DNA of 64,000 bases from a virus. The notes beneath the pieces were generated by a model. The model was not told where the DNA came from. It ran no database searches and saw only the letters and a program-made list of their open reading frames with translations. The DNA lies in the IMG/VR virus record IMGVR_UViG_3300022928_001147, positions 17,495 through 81,494 of that record; one strand, 5' to 3'. Below are positions 51,601 through 60,012 of the stretch, in pieces (the stretch's first letter is position 1; the number at the start of each line of letters is the position of its first letter). The translations under genes and the position numbers were made by a program.

Positions 51601-54457
51601 TATAATCTTTCCCGTGTATCATCTGAACATCGTTAAGGTATACTTGTACTGCTACTCTTGACGGTGTAGATAACGAGAATGCTTTAGATAATGGATAAAA
51701 TACTTCGTCGGCATCAATAACTACCGTTGTTAATTTTCTAGTTGCTCCAGTAGGCACCATGTCACTGAAATAGAACGGCTGTGACGAAGTTTTATCTTTA
51801 TTAATTTCTGTTAAAATTAAATCAACTTGATTTTTAATATTACCACTTAGTTCGATATCTTCTGCTAATTGCAAGAACAGACGCTTAAAAGTTGAATACT
51901 GATTCATTGCAAACTTTAAGCCTTTAACGACATTTGCATCATCATCTAACATATGATACAATGCTAAGTTCATCGGCGAACTATGTTGTACAAATCTTCG
52001 ACCATATTCTGTAACATTTCCCAAGTCGCGCAAATTACTAGGTCCTGGATATGTTCCTACAAAGTTATCTGATTGTTCTATAATTGTAGCAACATGATCA
52101 TTAACTTCGCCTAATGTAAATTCTGTAATATTTTCGTTAGACGGATTTCTTTCTAACGAGGCTGGTATTTCATAATATCCGTTATCATTTTTAACTGTTG
52201 CAGAACGTGTCTTAATAATAACTACATCATTTAATGTAAGAGAATTAGTAAATGTTACAACTGCATTATTATTAATGTCATTACTAATTATGTAATCAAC
52301 ATCTTCAAACTGTAGTTTATTGTTTAAGTAAACTCGTGTCCATAGATCAGACAATAGACCACTATTATCATAAACATCAATAGTAAACCCTGTGCTAGTA
52401 TTATCAAATACATACTGTCTAATTACCAACTGCTCGCTCGGCGTATTGACTTTCTTCCAACCTGTTAACGTAGTATATGTTTCTAAACTTGAATATTTTC
52501 TTAAGAATCCAATATCAGTATTCTTAGTAAAAGAATCATTATTAACTGTATATGTAAACGCTCCACTTAATAAGTTAAAGTCAAATACAATATCACCTAC
52601 GTTGTTAATATTTCTATAAGAGATAGGAAATCCTAATTCACTATCAACTGCTGTACCTGTTCCGGTCTTATAACTGAATACTTTGTTTCCTGTAAATGTT
52701 GAGGATTCATAAACTGTAATGTCAGAATATGAATTGCCGTCACCATCAAATATATCAAATAATGGCGGTTGATTAGCTTGTGTTTTGTCTTGTGTAAGTT
52801 TCCATTCTGTGCCAGTATAGTACAACATTTTACCTTTGTACGTTGTACCATTTAATACTAATACTACTTCGTTAGTTTGTGGAATAGAATCTGTTTCTGG
52901 AACTAGAGTAATTTGTCTATTAGTTGCCGAACCACTTGAAAAATTAATATATGTTACTTTAAAAATTCTGCCTGCTACTAACGTGTCAGTATCAGCAGTA
53001 AACATAATACGCATGCCATCAGCAAGATCAACTCCGTCGACATTGTAGCCCGGTGATCCTTCAATAGTAGAAAATACATCAGTTGTAAAATCATCAACTA
53101 CGTCAACATCTACTTTTGCAAAAGTACCAAAGTTGTTTAATTTTAAATTTGCTTCAAATTCAATAATAGGACGTTTTGCACGCTGCAACTGATCAAGTTC
53201 AACTTCTTGTCCATTTGCTGCTGCACTTGCTTCAACAACACTTTTGTGGAACCAGCGATTATAACGACTCCATAGGTTTCCGTCATTACTTGAACGGTTG
53301 ATTACAATGTAATCTTTATCTTCAGGATAACCAATTGCAACACTGTAAGGTAATCTATCAAATCCTTGTGCATCAAATTCTACATCGATATCAGCAGTGA
53401 ATGCAGTAGGAACATTTAAACTAGCTTCAGCAATTAGTTTAATTTTGTCGCCAACTCCTTCAACATAGTATGTACCTTCAGAATAAGACACAGGCTCTAC
53501 TTCGCCCGTAAATTCAATCTTCATTCCATTTGATAGTTCTACACCGTTGCTACTTTTATAAAAACGCTTGCCTAAAACTTCTTTTTCAACATCAATAAAT
53601 GTTGCTTCACTGATATCCTTAACAATAATAGTTCCGCTAGCTTCTAAATCATTTGCTGCTACATAATATAGTACGTCAGGAGTATCTGTTCCTAATTGTA
53701 ATGTACTGATTCCTTTTTCTAAACCTTGAACGCTTACTCCTTCGAGCACAAGAATACTTGAACTATCTAATTCAAATCCAGCTTCAAGAGTTTTCTTAGT
53801 TTTAATTGTAAATGGTAAATTTGGAGTGTCAATATCAAACTTATAAGTAATTCCCCTATATAGAGTAATTGTAGGATTTTGTGTTAACCCGTCTGGACTA
53901 AAGATATAAGTGTTATTATCAACGTTGTCGCCGACACGAACTGTGTATGTACTTTCAACATCAATTGTATTACCTGCAACACCAACAGTTTGCGGACCTA
54001 ATGGCAACCAGTAATATTCACGGAAATTACTAAACTTATCCCAGTCAATACTAGGATTCCATGCATAATATTCTTGCTGGTTGAATACGCTATGGTTATC
54101 GTTAGCTTTATTAAAATTGTTTAATTGATTTACAAAGTCATTATAATCTTTATAAAAAGTAACATTATCTAAGTTGTCTTTAATAACTGCTGCTGGCTCA
54201 AGCTGATAGTTAAATCTATCAGCTGATATATCGCCAATATAATTGTCAGTTGCAGTGTACGCTTTTGCAGTTTCTCTACCAACATATCCGTTAAGTTTTT
54301 CAACAACACCTGGTTGTATTAGTTGGTCAAGTGTGCTATTTAAAAACTTCTTGTTAGGAGAGGTTCTAAAGAATCTCGGAAGGAAAGATTCACTTTTGCG
54401 TTTATTATTTCCATCTGCTGGCAACGCTTGTTCATTTTGATCGTTATCGTAAGACAT
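39608..54457 (-). CDS. Giant 4949-aa virion structural protein (baseplate wedge/tail-associated)
   Basis: Uninterrupted ORF directly after the gp6-like gene; FG-GAP-like blades, PGxGY..P repeats, GDG.T..F.L repeats. Confidence 0.7.
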   Translation of the reverse strand: MSYDNDQNEQALPADGNNKRKSESFLPRFFRTSPNKKFLNSTLDQLIQPGVVEKLNGYVGRETAKAYTATDNYIGDISADRFNYQLEPAAVIKDNLDNVTFYKDYNDFVNQLNNFNKANDNHSVFNQQEYYAWNPSIDWDKFSNFREYYWLPLGPQTVGVAGNTIDVESTYTVRVGDNVDNNTYIFSPDGLTQNPTITLYRGITYKFDIDTPNLPFTIKTKKTLEAGFELDSSSILVLEGVSVQGLEKGISTLQLGTDTPDVLYYVAANDLEASGTIIVKDISEATFIDVEKEVLGKRFYKSSNGVELSNGMKIEFTGEVEPVSYSEGTYYVEGVGDKIKLIAEASLNVPTAFTADIDVEFDAQGFDRLPYSVAIGYPEDKDYIVINRSSNDGNLWSRYNRWFHKSVVEASAAANGQEVELDQLQRAKRPIIEFEANLKLNNFGTFAKVDVDVVDDFTTDVFSTIEGSPGYNVDGVDLADGMRIMFTADTDTLVAGRIFKVTYINFSSGSATNRQITLVPETDSIPQTNEVVLVLNGTTYKGKMLYYTGTEWKLTQDKTQANQPPLFDIFDGDGNSYSDITVYESSTFTGNKVFSYKTGTGTAVDSELGFPISYRNINNVGDIVFDFNLLSGAFTYTVNNDSFTKNTDIGFLRKYSSLETYTTLTGWKKVNTPSEQLVIRQYVFDNTSTGFTIDVYDNSGLLSDLWTRVYLNNKLQFEDVDYIISNDINNNAVVTFTNSLTLNDVVIIKTRSATVKNDNGYYEIPASLERNPSNENITEFTLGEVNDHVATIIEQSDNFVGTYPGPSNLRDLGNVTEYGRRFVQHSSPMNLALYHMLDDDANVVKGLKFAMNQYSTFKRLFLQLAEDIELSGNIKNQVDLILTEINKDKTSSQPFYFSDMVPTGATRKLTTVVIDADEVFYPLSKAFSLSTPSRVAVQVYLNDVQMIHGKDYTFNSEGYILLTATKQPDDVVDIYEYETTNGSFVPPTPSKLGLYPAYEPTKYLDNTYLVPREIIQGHDGSKIAAFNDYRDELILELEKRIFNNIKVSYDTNFLDIHSLIGGNYRNTQVTKTQIDRVMLADFLQWSKLIDQDYTLHDFFDRSNSFTFNYAGSTSPTGATLPGFWRQIYQQAYDTDRPHTHPWEMLGFTIMPAWWETQYGPAPYTKENLLLWQDLEAGIVRQPGVKYVIRNNYKRPGLLRHIPVDSEGNLMSPIESGFINYFDNQLLDESFVFGDGAPVETAWRSSSQYPFSVITAFAINKPHMLFANGFDRIHQVRNNSNELVYATTGTRIQLADIVFPNTYEDTTQVYTSGIINYIANYLASDVTASYTKYKSNITSIKNQLGYKLAGFTDKDKFRLILDSRTPLNEGNVFVPDENYKIFLNTSTPIKTVSYSGVIIERRSDGYVIKGYDTSIASFKYYAAISTQADPSINIGGISESYLTWAAGKQYIAGQNIEYQGSYYRAKSNFTSSTEFDTTNLSKLASLPLIGGRNAFVRKKFNKNIVLEADYGQLFVTIQDVVDFLLGYGEYLMDQGFVFDYYEGDAKVVLNWRHSVNEFLFWTTQNWGEGSVITLSPASTQLKFVTEYSMVDNIFDGTYGYTLLKSDGTPLVQEFSSLGRSPNEFVIRPRNTADGVFAVKLPLVQKEHVLLIDNKTVFGDVIYDTQPGYRQERIKVLGYVTQEWDGSLNIPGFVYDDATVTNWESWTDYAIGSIVKYKEFYYSASTKLSGTENFNASDWNRLEAKPEAGLYANFEYKTNQFADFYDLDSDNFDTEQQRMAQHLIGYQKRQYLENIINDDVSQYKFYQGMLQDKGTKNSLTKLFDVLSSNDKDSLEFYEEWAIKDGQYGASDGFEEFELLLDESKFRLTPQPIDLVTSTTGTETDLVYRILPYEVYQKTPNYDHKPFPEKYVDTSYVKNAGYVNPQDVRGIATSYSNIADFAFSDIRQNDYIWIGNDNLDWNVYKHIDTDYIVESVSEGTTQFTLTLTKTPTDIAVGDVIGLHSFSNYVEYNAEDSTAASTTEKFDLEGFYTVASITGSKIAVTTSAAQTEIPECVGSITRFLKVRASNITEANTIVQKSLTPSDYIWIDDVNGVGKWAVLKNENSFIEKLRLTKPSNSLDISFGTALSVDDRNTTLIVGSPDEGDGRVYVYNRAADSLAFVQTQVIEPFKYGDDLERFGAAVAISPDGAYVIVGSPNASNVKTKYAGEFVAGDDYVKGSVVSQGEQLWKSLVSIQGATANIEFNSFNSMANIVDNLDIESNATSTIQGLLVGNYAINPNTGALAFTTIPTNHLLVRAPFEQYQGSGINDQIKLAWNQITYANQSLAPLESREPFNGSFAEIDATFLQQTHTIQKKIDVVLYINASTNQPEIGDILQTQTAFGTVDYVYLSGAETIIYLTNVNGSFETNDSLFRDDGDFIGEYIKQGPTDSIDTGTELGGFWFINTPSYTPTIFTENVDQARALVVYDVIPDGIDTNRLFVNSLDYKPNIISSQNTYNAYIEKLSFRGLPGPGGSNDDFLSSLYVVRAPSAVSVTPGSTLNLYVNQLPIYDSGIVRDLTTIGLSTTVTNKLQTVYDVWDGYINLNFTKFDAGNNPYEPKVGQTVRDLKTGATAIVAYYQRNNLNATLFVKNVSGTWSNGDVYADNTEIEFLAIPGDPSPTYQADRTIGQVQYVSLGLPSEGIGKLLVFDAGADIAITLTSRLLDIEYWFYTSGTVLGIPRLANTPSASNNEWTQVYQITAEATGTPSSLTNEGLYTLYSRAAPGRYNPVASYTVPEKQSNLKLGSSVKITKYNDLYRGFVHAEGTKSTSLPGRLYFIKKGEENGLTYNWDYAKNKTFKGTFSTGANYFTNDIVYLNNNLYIAKTNLAAGAFNSNDWILTPDLVDYVGYIPNSTGLRVGSNSNVVLDQTGLEEIASQFDVATSGEVLIVNALYDVTKPNQVVVYRSNNGQFEKSQELEAPDKTSAFGQAIAISDDGTVIAISAPLNDDLLADQGVVYIYKQVNGVFELSQILNSPKNERAEMFGWKLQFDGEKLHISARNADSDAKTYFDNYQTVFDGNFTSFKNIIADVGVVYVYEKVSSAMILAQTVQIADADVNYFGRNILAKNNHLYVGLPNKIDGSRIGQVLDFSNNKFSTMWTTHRVAKPTVDIDKIKKMFLYDTKDNQLLTYLDYIDPIQGKVAGVAEQELTFKTYYDPALYDTSTVSGTTIDVTNSWGSEHVGEVWWNLTNAKFYNPYQGDVIYSTQNWSKLFQGNSIDVFEWVESTVLPSVWDAQADTENGFAKGYSGTSLYGDSTYSTKRKYDSIAGTFKTTYYFWVANKKTIPDVEFRNINISDVADYIADPVAKGYTFVGLISPSSFVMYNVERFIKGTDVALSTQFWTIDNQNQNVHNQYQIISEGLETSQPNRDIIRKWYDSLIGYDEQYRVVPDPSLSTKQKYGSLNKPRQSWFINRAEALKQFVERTNLILKENLIVDDKIFTTLFNADPAPTAVSAQWDAEVDTIDDLAFVGVAKATQAVLTPVVVNGKIITVNIVDPGRGYRVPPTVTITGEGSGAELQTTIDNLGRVNGVNVIQSGENYNDTPTLTVRRFTVLVNSDTTIQGKWAIYERISESRSWNRIKSQSYNVRLYWDYADWYATGYSELTEIDYLIDNSYELTALNDAIGDVIKISTIGSGGWLLLEKIDSQDTEDYTINYKTVGRQDGTIQFKSTLYDSAESSTGFDTISFDTKIYDSEPVIELRTILESIKNDLFIDDLLVDFNALFFASLRYAFSEQTYIDWAFKTSFIKAKHNVGMLREDITFNNDNLPSYESYIKEVKPFGTKIREYLSAYQGLDNTSTVVTDFDLPPAYDTVEGKILPQSVKVQDGVLVGVNANIETYPNKNWLDNNGYKVVKVEVVNPGSGYRSAPVLLLSSDSGSGAILKAHIGTNGTVTKVDVISSGNGYYTAPTISELNNIEDDGEAATYSVQIGESPVRGMHTIVKFDRTTGTYVYTVLNHTETFTASGNKFEFDLVWPMDLLKSNVKVFVSNQEALNSEYTYTNVLDTTKGYDRYYGQIEFTNAPEANKLIRVEYKKSINLMQAQDRINNYYTPTTGMPGNDLNQLMTGLDYGGVEVKSFDFSGGRGWDSEGWYEETWDSYDTSFEDEIFELDGSTISLDLAAPLASGVVYNVYKNGVRVDDINYGTVNPVTNPNAICQSITGDGVTQVVFLDNDGLDLANQAGDIIIIRKTTSDGTYLPDPNSYDTILTGGALNYSTATGLRAEDITIDGDGFVTQTTSAGPEELVPGQLLDTVDIKVYERPQAGSSQITSRNYTGDGVTTTFSLDTTPLQANSLFVKVGFNIISADAYTVDYAAKTITFNTAPALNAKVHLAVLGVSGTDILDIDNIIADGTTNKFLTNVRFDTELQYFITVNGEALNNVVEQSDDTYDYPNNAVISLATPPEAGSVISYAFFKGETQNFSEVSIDTFTADGSTVEFALNQTPFNNEPSAWFSVVKVNNKILNAGYTRRFVTTASKREYQLEEFQIPAGTIDNRQIKVFLNNVELTYNTEWTFTGSKSNSTGSTIRLKARVNQQDGDILNVYVTNDGEYRYGYFDTNNEFVSTPGILHLDSAYNEGDIITVYQFSNHDSQGFDRQQYDVVDRVSLTVGTDDWYRYNHLTAGLIELSKPALDAQYVWVTLNGELLIPSVHYYVTDNKRYVKIDIGIEENDVIELLHFADPILVDKYGWSQFKDMLNRTHYKRLDDRNGVMLAADLNWYDQSITVTDGSNLPEPSPTSSVPGILFIAGERIEYFVRNGNVLSQLRRGTLGTGVKAIYLAGENVYNQGPTATMPYKDETLTTQFLANGTTADYTLDFEPSSINEFEVFVGGRRLRKNAISSYNFTTLTAQDSPEGDVTLPAEFSVDGTTLTLTETPTENVKVIVVRRQGILWNVPGTPLGESDSDISRFLRAATVDLPR

Positions 54458-54459
54458 TA

Positions 54460-57400
54460 TTAGTTAGTCCCTCCGGTTGATAGTCCACTGCTTTGTATCC
54501 CTGTATTAACAGACGTAGCGTCTGTTACAATTGATCCAGTTGATCGAAGTCTTGTAGCAGTTATGCTATCAATTAATTCAATGTCGGCAACTGATGCGCC
54601 GCTTATAAACACTTCATCAACTTCTGATTTTATTTCAAACAAACTTCCAAAAGTACTAGAAGCTTGATTTGGAACAATTACAAATGTCACTAAGTTAGGT
54701 GATAGCTGTTGCATAACATAAGTGCTTAGTTCTGTAAAATAAAATGTTTCACCAAATTCCCAATTTTCAAGTGCAAAGAATTCATTAATTGCTGCAATTA
54801 CTCGTGTTTTAACTTCGTTGTCATTAATCACTATATCAGGGTTCTTTACAATTTTAAATTTTGCTTGTAGATCGGAAGGTGCGTTTTCTCCAAATAGTAT
54901 CTTATACTTAACTGGATGATATATAATTTCGTCACTAATTGACTTAATGTTATTAAGCAGTTGTCCGTAATTTAAATATAATTGATCGCTGCTAGGTGCA
55001 AGCGGTTTAGTAGTAACTGTACCTTCAATATATGATCTAAAATCGTTGTCGTATGATTTTGTTAATAGATAAACATCTACTATATTACTTACACTAGGAT
55101 CTATTCTAGTGCTTGCATCCGCTGCATGCACATAATGGAATTTTAGTTTGTCTCTACCAATTTTAGCACGATAGTTTTGTGAAGTAACAAGATTGCCTGT
55201 TGTTTTGTTTAATACTTGGAATAAGTCTTCAGCTATAAAATAAAATATTTGTCCATTATTATAAATTGTCGTATTGCTTAATTGATCTTTAGTCGCAATA
55301 ACTTTGATACTTCCAGTACCATCTGTAAAGGTATACAATCCTTCAGAAGTCGGAACATCTGTCGATATATAATTAAATTCTTCAACGCCGTCGAGTGTAG
55401 TAGACTTTATTTGAAATACATATTTTGTTAAATTATTAACAGTTTCGTTAACAATTTCGTCAAATAGTTCAGGGTTATCAACTACTCCGTCGTCATCATC
55501 GTCAAAGAAACTAACTTGAATCTTACTACTGTCTACATATCCTTCAGCATCTCTATATTCTTCAACAATTTCCCAATCAAAGTCAATTGTAAACGGACTA
55601 GTAGAATCAGGTTGCTTGTTAATATTGAGTACAGAGATTTTATCTTTAATAATTTTTCCAGTTCTGTTATTATAGATCTTATCTGAACTGTCAAAGTAAA
55701 ATCTAATTTCTTCTGCACTTTCAAATACATATCTACTACCTCTATAAGTAATTGTATATGTTTCTCCGTCAGTTTCAAATAATAATAACCAACTTGAATC
55801 TAATTGTTGATTTGAGGTGTCACCAGTTTTACCAATACTAAACGGGCTATCAACATTTAAGTTATTAGTAGTAACTAGGCGCCATTCTCCTAAGTTAACA
55901 TCAAATCTTAAACCAAAGCTATTATATGCAAATACTTGATCAATAACCTGTAAAGATACTGCCGATTGTAGTTCAGTTGCTAATCGAGGGATAATTTGTG
56001 ATAGGATAGATCCTTCTGGGATGTTATCATTTAATAGTACAGGTCCGGTACCATCTGCATTTGTAGCAGTTCCGTCTCCGGCAACACTAATAATCTTAGT
56101 CCATTTGTATGTAACTGCGCCTGCTACATTAGCATCGCCTATTTCTAGGGCATTGTCATTATTACTCTGAAAATAAGATCCTGCGGGTGCAATAAATTTT
56201 ACAAGTGTGCCCGGTTTTAATAATTTTAAAGTACTCGCAGTAAATGTTCCTAACTGTAATCGTGTGCCAACCGAGTTTGTAAAATACCCAGTATTTTGAT
56301 TAGTATCAATTGTTTGACTGTTCCACGCTACTCTTAAATCTGCCACTAGTGTTTTAGGAAAACTATTATAATAATAATTTCTTACTTTTTTATCACTAAG
56401 TATAGGTTCTATAATATTAGCAATAGCACCTTCAATATCTGTTTTAGTAATAAAACTAAATTTAGATTTAGGTGTTAAAAATTCTTTAGTAACAATACCG
56501 TCAATGCCAAACAAATTGGTCTTAGAGTATTTTCCAGTCGCATCAACTAAGTCTAGATAACGACTAATGCCGCTAGCTGTTCTATTAACACTTTTTACTT
56601 TGATGATTTCTTGACTGATACTCAATGGAGCAATTTGATAATCTTCAGCAGTTATCATTCTGTTTTGTGTGTAGTATGTTGCTGGTGCATTTCTTTTAAT
56701 ACTTGCACTTGATTCGCTTGTACTTGCATTGTCAACTGTATATTTTAAACGGAATACCATTGTAAGTTGTTCAGACTTACCTGTTTTGCTGTAATAAGGA
56801 ATCTTAATACTTACACCGCGCATATCTGCTGGCTCAATAATTAATCTTTGATTTTTACTTGTTCTATAATAAACTCTAAAATTACCCTGTGGCAAGTTAC
56901 CAAACGTGCCATCTGAGAATATTAAGCTAATTCTGTCATTAGCTCTTGTAAGTACACTATAGATGTTTCTAATACTCTTGCTTAAACTATTGTAAATTAC
57001 ATTGTTGCCTTCAACCGCATCAACTTTTGACCATAGTTCTTCTTCTAAACCATAGTTGTCAACTTTATAAAGCCATACATCAGAGTTATTAATATTAGTT
57101 GCATCAATTGCAACAACTTGATTAGTGCTTGGATTGTCAACAGTAAATGTACCTTGATCCATTGCACCTTGTCTAAAGTGACAAAAGTAACCAGTATTCG
57201 AGCTTGCAGGTCCGCGGCCGTCATTTCTATAAAGGAATGCAAAATTATTTCCAGGAAATGGCGCTTCTTCTTTAATTTCGCCATTGTCAATGTCAGTTGA
57301 TACAATTTCAAATCTACTAGTAGTACCACCTATTGCTTTGTTAAATCCGTATACTGGGAGGTCACTGTTTGCACTGTTTAGTCTATATTGTTCTGTCGGA

Positions 57401-57945
57401 ACTCCAGAAACAACATCTTTTTTAGCAGGACGACCAATATTAGAATTAACTGGAAGTGCTGCATTTAAAATTTTAGTAAACTGTTCTTGCCAGTTAGGAT
57501 TACTAGGATCATTCCATGTAATCGTTTGATTTTCTAAATTAAGGTTGTTTGAATCTCTAACACTTTCAGTTGTGCTAACTGAGTCAACTTTAAGCAATCC
57601 ATTAGCTGCTTGATTACGTTTAGGATTGTACGACAGCAAACGAGCAAGACGGAGAACTGATTCTCTACGTTCTGCAAGCTCTAAAAAGTTTTCTCTAGCA
57701 TTTAAGTCAGTACGGAATGCAATGTTTTGACCTAGGAAAGCAATTAGATCAATAAGTGCAAGGTATTCTGATGATTCAATATAATCGTTAAAATCTTCTG
57801 GATAGTTTTGACGAATGTAATTGATCATTGTACGACGAAGATTGTCAAAGTCGTATGATTTGAAGTCGGCGTTTCTATAACTCTGATAGATACGTTTCCA
57901 ATCTTCTGCTACTAATAAACGGTTTTGTCTGTCTGTACTTGACAT
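54460..57945 (-). CDS. Baseplate wedge subunit, T4 gp6-like
   Basis: SYDFDNLR, LIDLIAF, ARENFLELAERRESVLRLARLLSYNPKR, ISLIFSDGTFGNLP, ES..SIK.NAP..Y.TQNRMITAEDY. Confidence 0.85.
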   Translation of the reverse strand: MSSTDRQNRLLVAEDWKRIYQSYRNADFKSYDFDNLRRTMINYIRQNYPEDFNDYIESSEYLALIDLIAFLGQNIAFRTDLNARENFLELAERRESVLRLARLLSYNPKRNQAANGLLKVDSVSTTESVRDSNNLNLENQTITWNDPSNPNWQEQFTKILNAALPVNSNIGRPAKKDVVSGVPTEQYRLNSANSDLPVYGFNKAIGGTTSRFEIVSTDIDNGEIKEEAPFPGNNFAFLYRNDGRGPASSNTGYFCHFRQGAMDQGTFTVDNPSTNQVVAIDATNINNSDVWLYKVDNYGLEEELWSKVDAVEGNNVIYNSLSKSIRNIYSVLTRANDRISLIFSDGTFGNLPQGNFRVYYRTSKNQRLIIEPADMRGVSIKIPYYSKTGKSEQLTMVFRLKYTVDNASTSESSASIKRNAPATYYTQNRMITAEDYQIAPLSISQEIIKVKSVNRTASGISRYLDLVDATGKYSKTNLFGIDGIVTKEFLTPKSKFSFITKTDIEGAIANIIEPILSDKKVRNYYYNSFPKTLVADLRVAWNSQTIDTNQNTGYFTNSVGTRLQLGTFTASTLKLLKPGTLVKFIAPAGSYFQSNNDNALEIGDANVAGAVTYKWTKIISVAGDGTATNADGTGPVLLNDNIPEGSILSQIIPRLATELQSAVSLQVIDQVFAYNSFGLRFDVNLGEWRLVTTNNLNVDSPFSIGKTGDTSNQQLDSSWLLLFETDGETYTITYRGSRYVFESAEEIRFYFDSSDKIYNNRTGKIIKDKISVLNINKQPDSTSPFTIDFDWEIVEEYRDAEGYVDSSKIQVSFFDDDDDGVVDNPELFDEIVNETVNNLTKYVFQIKSTTLDGVEEFNYISTDVPTSEGLYTFTDGTGSIKVIATKDQLSNTTIYNNGQIFYFIAEDLFQVLNKTTGNLVTSQNYRAKIGRDKLKFHYVHAADASTRIDPSVSNIVDVYLLTKSYDNDFRSYIEGTVTTKPLAPSSDQLYLNYGQLLNNIKSISDEIIYHPVKYKILFGENAPSDLQAKFKIVKNPDIVINDNEVKTRVIAAINEFFALENWEFGETFYFTELSTYVMQQLSPNLVTFVIVPNQASSTFGSLFEIKSEVDEVFISGASVADIELIDSITATRLRSTGSIVTDATSVNTGIQSSGLSTGGTN

Positions 57946-57972
57946 GGATTTGCTTTCCTCTAACTTATAGTG

Positions 57973-58004
57973 TATTTATTAATTTGAATAAACCACGTAT
58001 ATAA
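57973..58004 (-). promoter_or_regulatory. Late-like box AATAAATA plus upstream 17-bp conserved motif
   Basis: TAAATA box at 57973-57980; motif TTATATACGTGGTTTAT at 57988-58004, 15/17 identical to 20702-20718. Confidence 0.5.
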
Positions 58005-58454
58005 TTAGTTGGCTAAAAATCCGTTGTTTTGGTCAAACGTTAGTCGCATATTTTCAGCGATATTGTAGGGTAAAAATATAAGTGTTGCATCTATTTGTAT
58101 GCCGCTTTCGTACTGATCAACTGTAATACTAGTAACACTAACTCGAGGATCATAGTTAATAATAGTAGTTACATTTTCGGCGATAATCTGCTTAAGGCTT
58201 TCAGTTAATGGTTCATATAAAATGTCCCATATAATTGTTCCAAAGTTAGGATTGCTAAGAAGTTCGCCTTGACGAATGTGAAAGTGGTTAATAATATCTT
58301 GTTTTACAATTTGCAAATCATACAACTGAAACCCGATATTATCAGGATTAACTGTAGAGAATCCTTTATAAGTTTTTTCGCCTATACCGTAGTCAGGGCG
58401 AGTGTTACCTTTTACTGTAATTTCTTTATAAAGTTTTTTCTCTAATGTGCTCAT
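58005..58454 (-). CDS. Baseplate wedge subunit, gp25-like
   Basis: D.QIVKQDIINHF.IRQGE...PNFGT.IWD.LYEP...I..DPRV. Confidence 0.85.
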   Translation of the reverse strand: MSTLEKKLYKEITVKGNTRPDYGIGEKTYKGFSTVNPDNIGFQLYDLQIVKQDIINHFHIRQGELLSNPNFGTIIWDILYEPLTESLKQIIAENVTTIINYDPRVSVTSITVDQYESGIQIDATLIFLPYNIAENMRLTFDQNNGFLAN

Positions 58455-58466
58455 ACTGTATTTACC

Positions 58467-60002
58467 TTAAGGAAGCGGGTCGTCTCTTGACGGTGTACTT
58501 GTAACTGTTGCTGATCCACCTGTTCCTACTGAAGATCCTGGGCCTGAATATATCGGTGGCGGAACAGTAGTAGGTGCCGTTGTTGTAGGTAGTCCAGGAT
58601 CCGCAGTATCTGCACCTGTTCTCGATGGTGTACTCGTAACATTTGCTCTTGCTTCTGCTTCGCCAGCAGTGCCTTCTGAGCTTGCACCAGCTGACGGAGG
58701 AGCAGTCGCTGCTACGCATGCTTCAAATGTATCTTTTATTGCAGCAGGAGTGCTGCCGCCTGATCCTGATCCTGGAGCCGCTGGTGCTGTTGGAGTTCCG
58801 GCAGCTCCACCGCTTTGCAAATGAGGATGTGTTGCTTTTACGTTTACACCACTTACTGTAGATGCTTTTAGTGTTCCACTGACATCTAAATTTCCTGTAA
58901 CTCCAATATTATTTGCATTAGTTGTAGGAGCATTTAGGTTAATAGCACCAGCTGCGCCGATGTTGACATTGCCGCCAGCAGCTAGATTAATATCACCGCC
59001 AGATTTAAAATTAATAGACCCTGATGAATATACGTCAATTGTACCCTGAGGTGTCATTTCTATCCAACTTTGCCCGCTGCCATGTGCAATGTAAATTAAG
59101 TCTTCAGAATTATGCATCAATATTTGATGTCCTGTACGTGTTCTAAGTCTTATCAATTCATTAGCAGGAATCATAGGGTCGCCGCCATCAGCCAATGATG
59201 CATATACACTAGGAGTTGATGCAGCAGGTCCTTTTCTAAATAAACTAGGGTCACCGTCGTCCATTACAAAACTTGATCCCGTAAGTCTTGATGCTGGCAT
59301 ATCTGTTTGTGCATTTTCGCCGCCGACTTTAACTCTAGGTTTACCAGGTCTACGATCTAACGGTCCAGGAGTACTCATACCAAATACCATACTAGGTACT
59401 TCTCGTCTAGCACTCGATGTTGTAGTTCCTCTTATATGATCATTAATTAGACCTGCCCGAGTGAGTTGTGTAACTGCATCATCGTTGACTGGTTTTAAGA
59501 AAGTAGTAGGCTGATTGCCAGATCCAGGTTCATTTCTTTTATTATACTCACCTACTGGTAATACTTTAGCTTGATCTGTTTTATTATTCTTTGTACTACC
59601 GTTGCCTGGTATCATAAAGTTCATAAACTTTTCTTGTACACATCCAAACCAGAAGCCTCGACTTTTATTTCCTTCTGCAAATATAACTAAGACAGTTGAT
59701 CCAACATCTGGCGGAACTGCCCACATACCGTAACTTTTCTGTGTATAATCAAAACCTTCATTGTCACTTGTTCCGCTATACGGTGTAATTCCATAAAAAG
59801 GACTTAGATAACTTACTGTTGCCAATTCTCCAGTAGCATCAGTCGTGTTGCCTTCAGTTGTTGTTTTTAAAAGTTCAACCTCAAGAGATCCCATGTACTC
59901 AGTATCTAAATGATTGCGTACAATTGCCATAAACGGCCCAGGGCCGTCAAATGAACTCGTCTTTGGTTGTGCGTCTGGGGTTCTAGTATCTTGTCCTGCC
60001 AT
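58467..60002 (-). CDS. Baseplate central spike, gp5/VgrG-like (no lysozyme domain evident)
   Basis: OB-fold YGMWAVPPDVGSTVLVIFAEG; RTRTGHQILMH...SWIEM beta-helix; G.IN..A repeats; P/T/A-rich tail. Confidence 0.75.
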   Translation of the reverse strand: MAGQDTRTPDAQPKTSSFDGPGPFMAIVRNHLDTEYMGSLEVELLKTTTEGNTTDATGELATVSYLSPFYGITPYSGTSDNEGFDYTQKSYGMWAVPPDVGSTVLVIFAEGNKSRGFWFGCVQEKFMNFMIPGNGSTKNNKTDQAKVLPVGEYNKRNEPGSGNQPTTFLKPVNDDAVTQLTRAGLINDHIRGTTTSSARREVPSMVFGMSTPGPLDRRPGKPRVKVGGENAQTDMPASRLTGSSFVMDDGDPSLFRKGPAASTPSVYASLADGGDPMIPANELIRLRTRTGHQILMHNSEDLIYIAHGSGQSWIEMTPQGTIDVYSSGSINFKSGGDINLAAGGNVNIGAAGAINLNAPTTNANNIGVTGNLDVSGTLKASTVSGVNVKATHPHLQSGGAAGTPTAPAAPGSGSGGSTPAAIKDTFEACVAATAPPSAGASSEGTAGEAEARANVTSTPSRTGADTADPGLPTTTAPTTVPPPIYSGPGSSVGTGGSATVTSTPSRDDPLP

Positions 60003-60012
60003 TGTTTATTCC

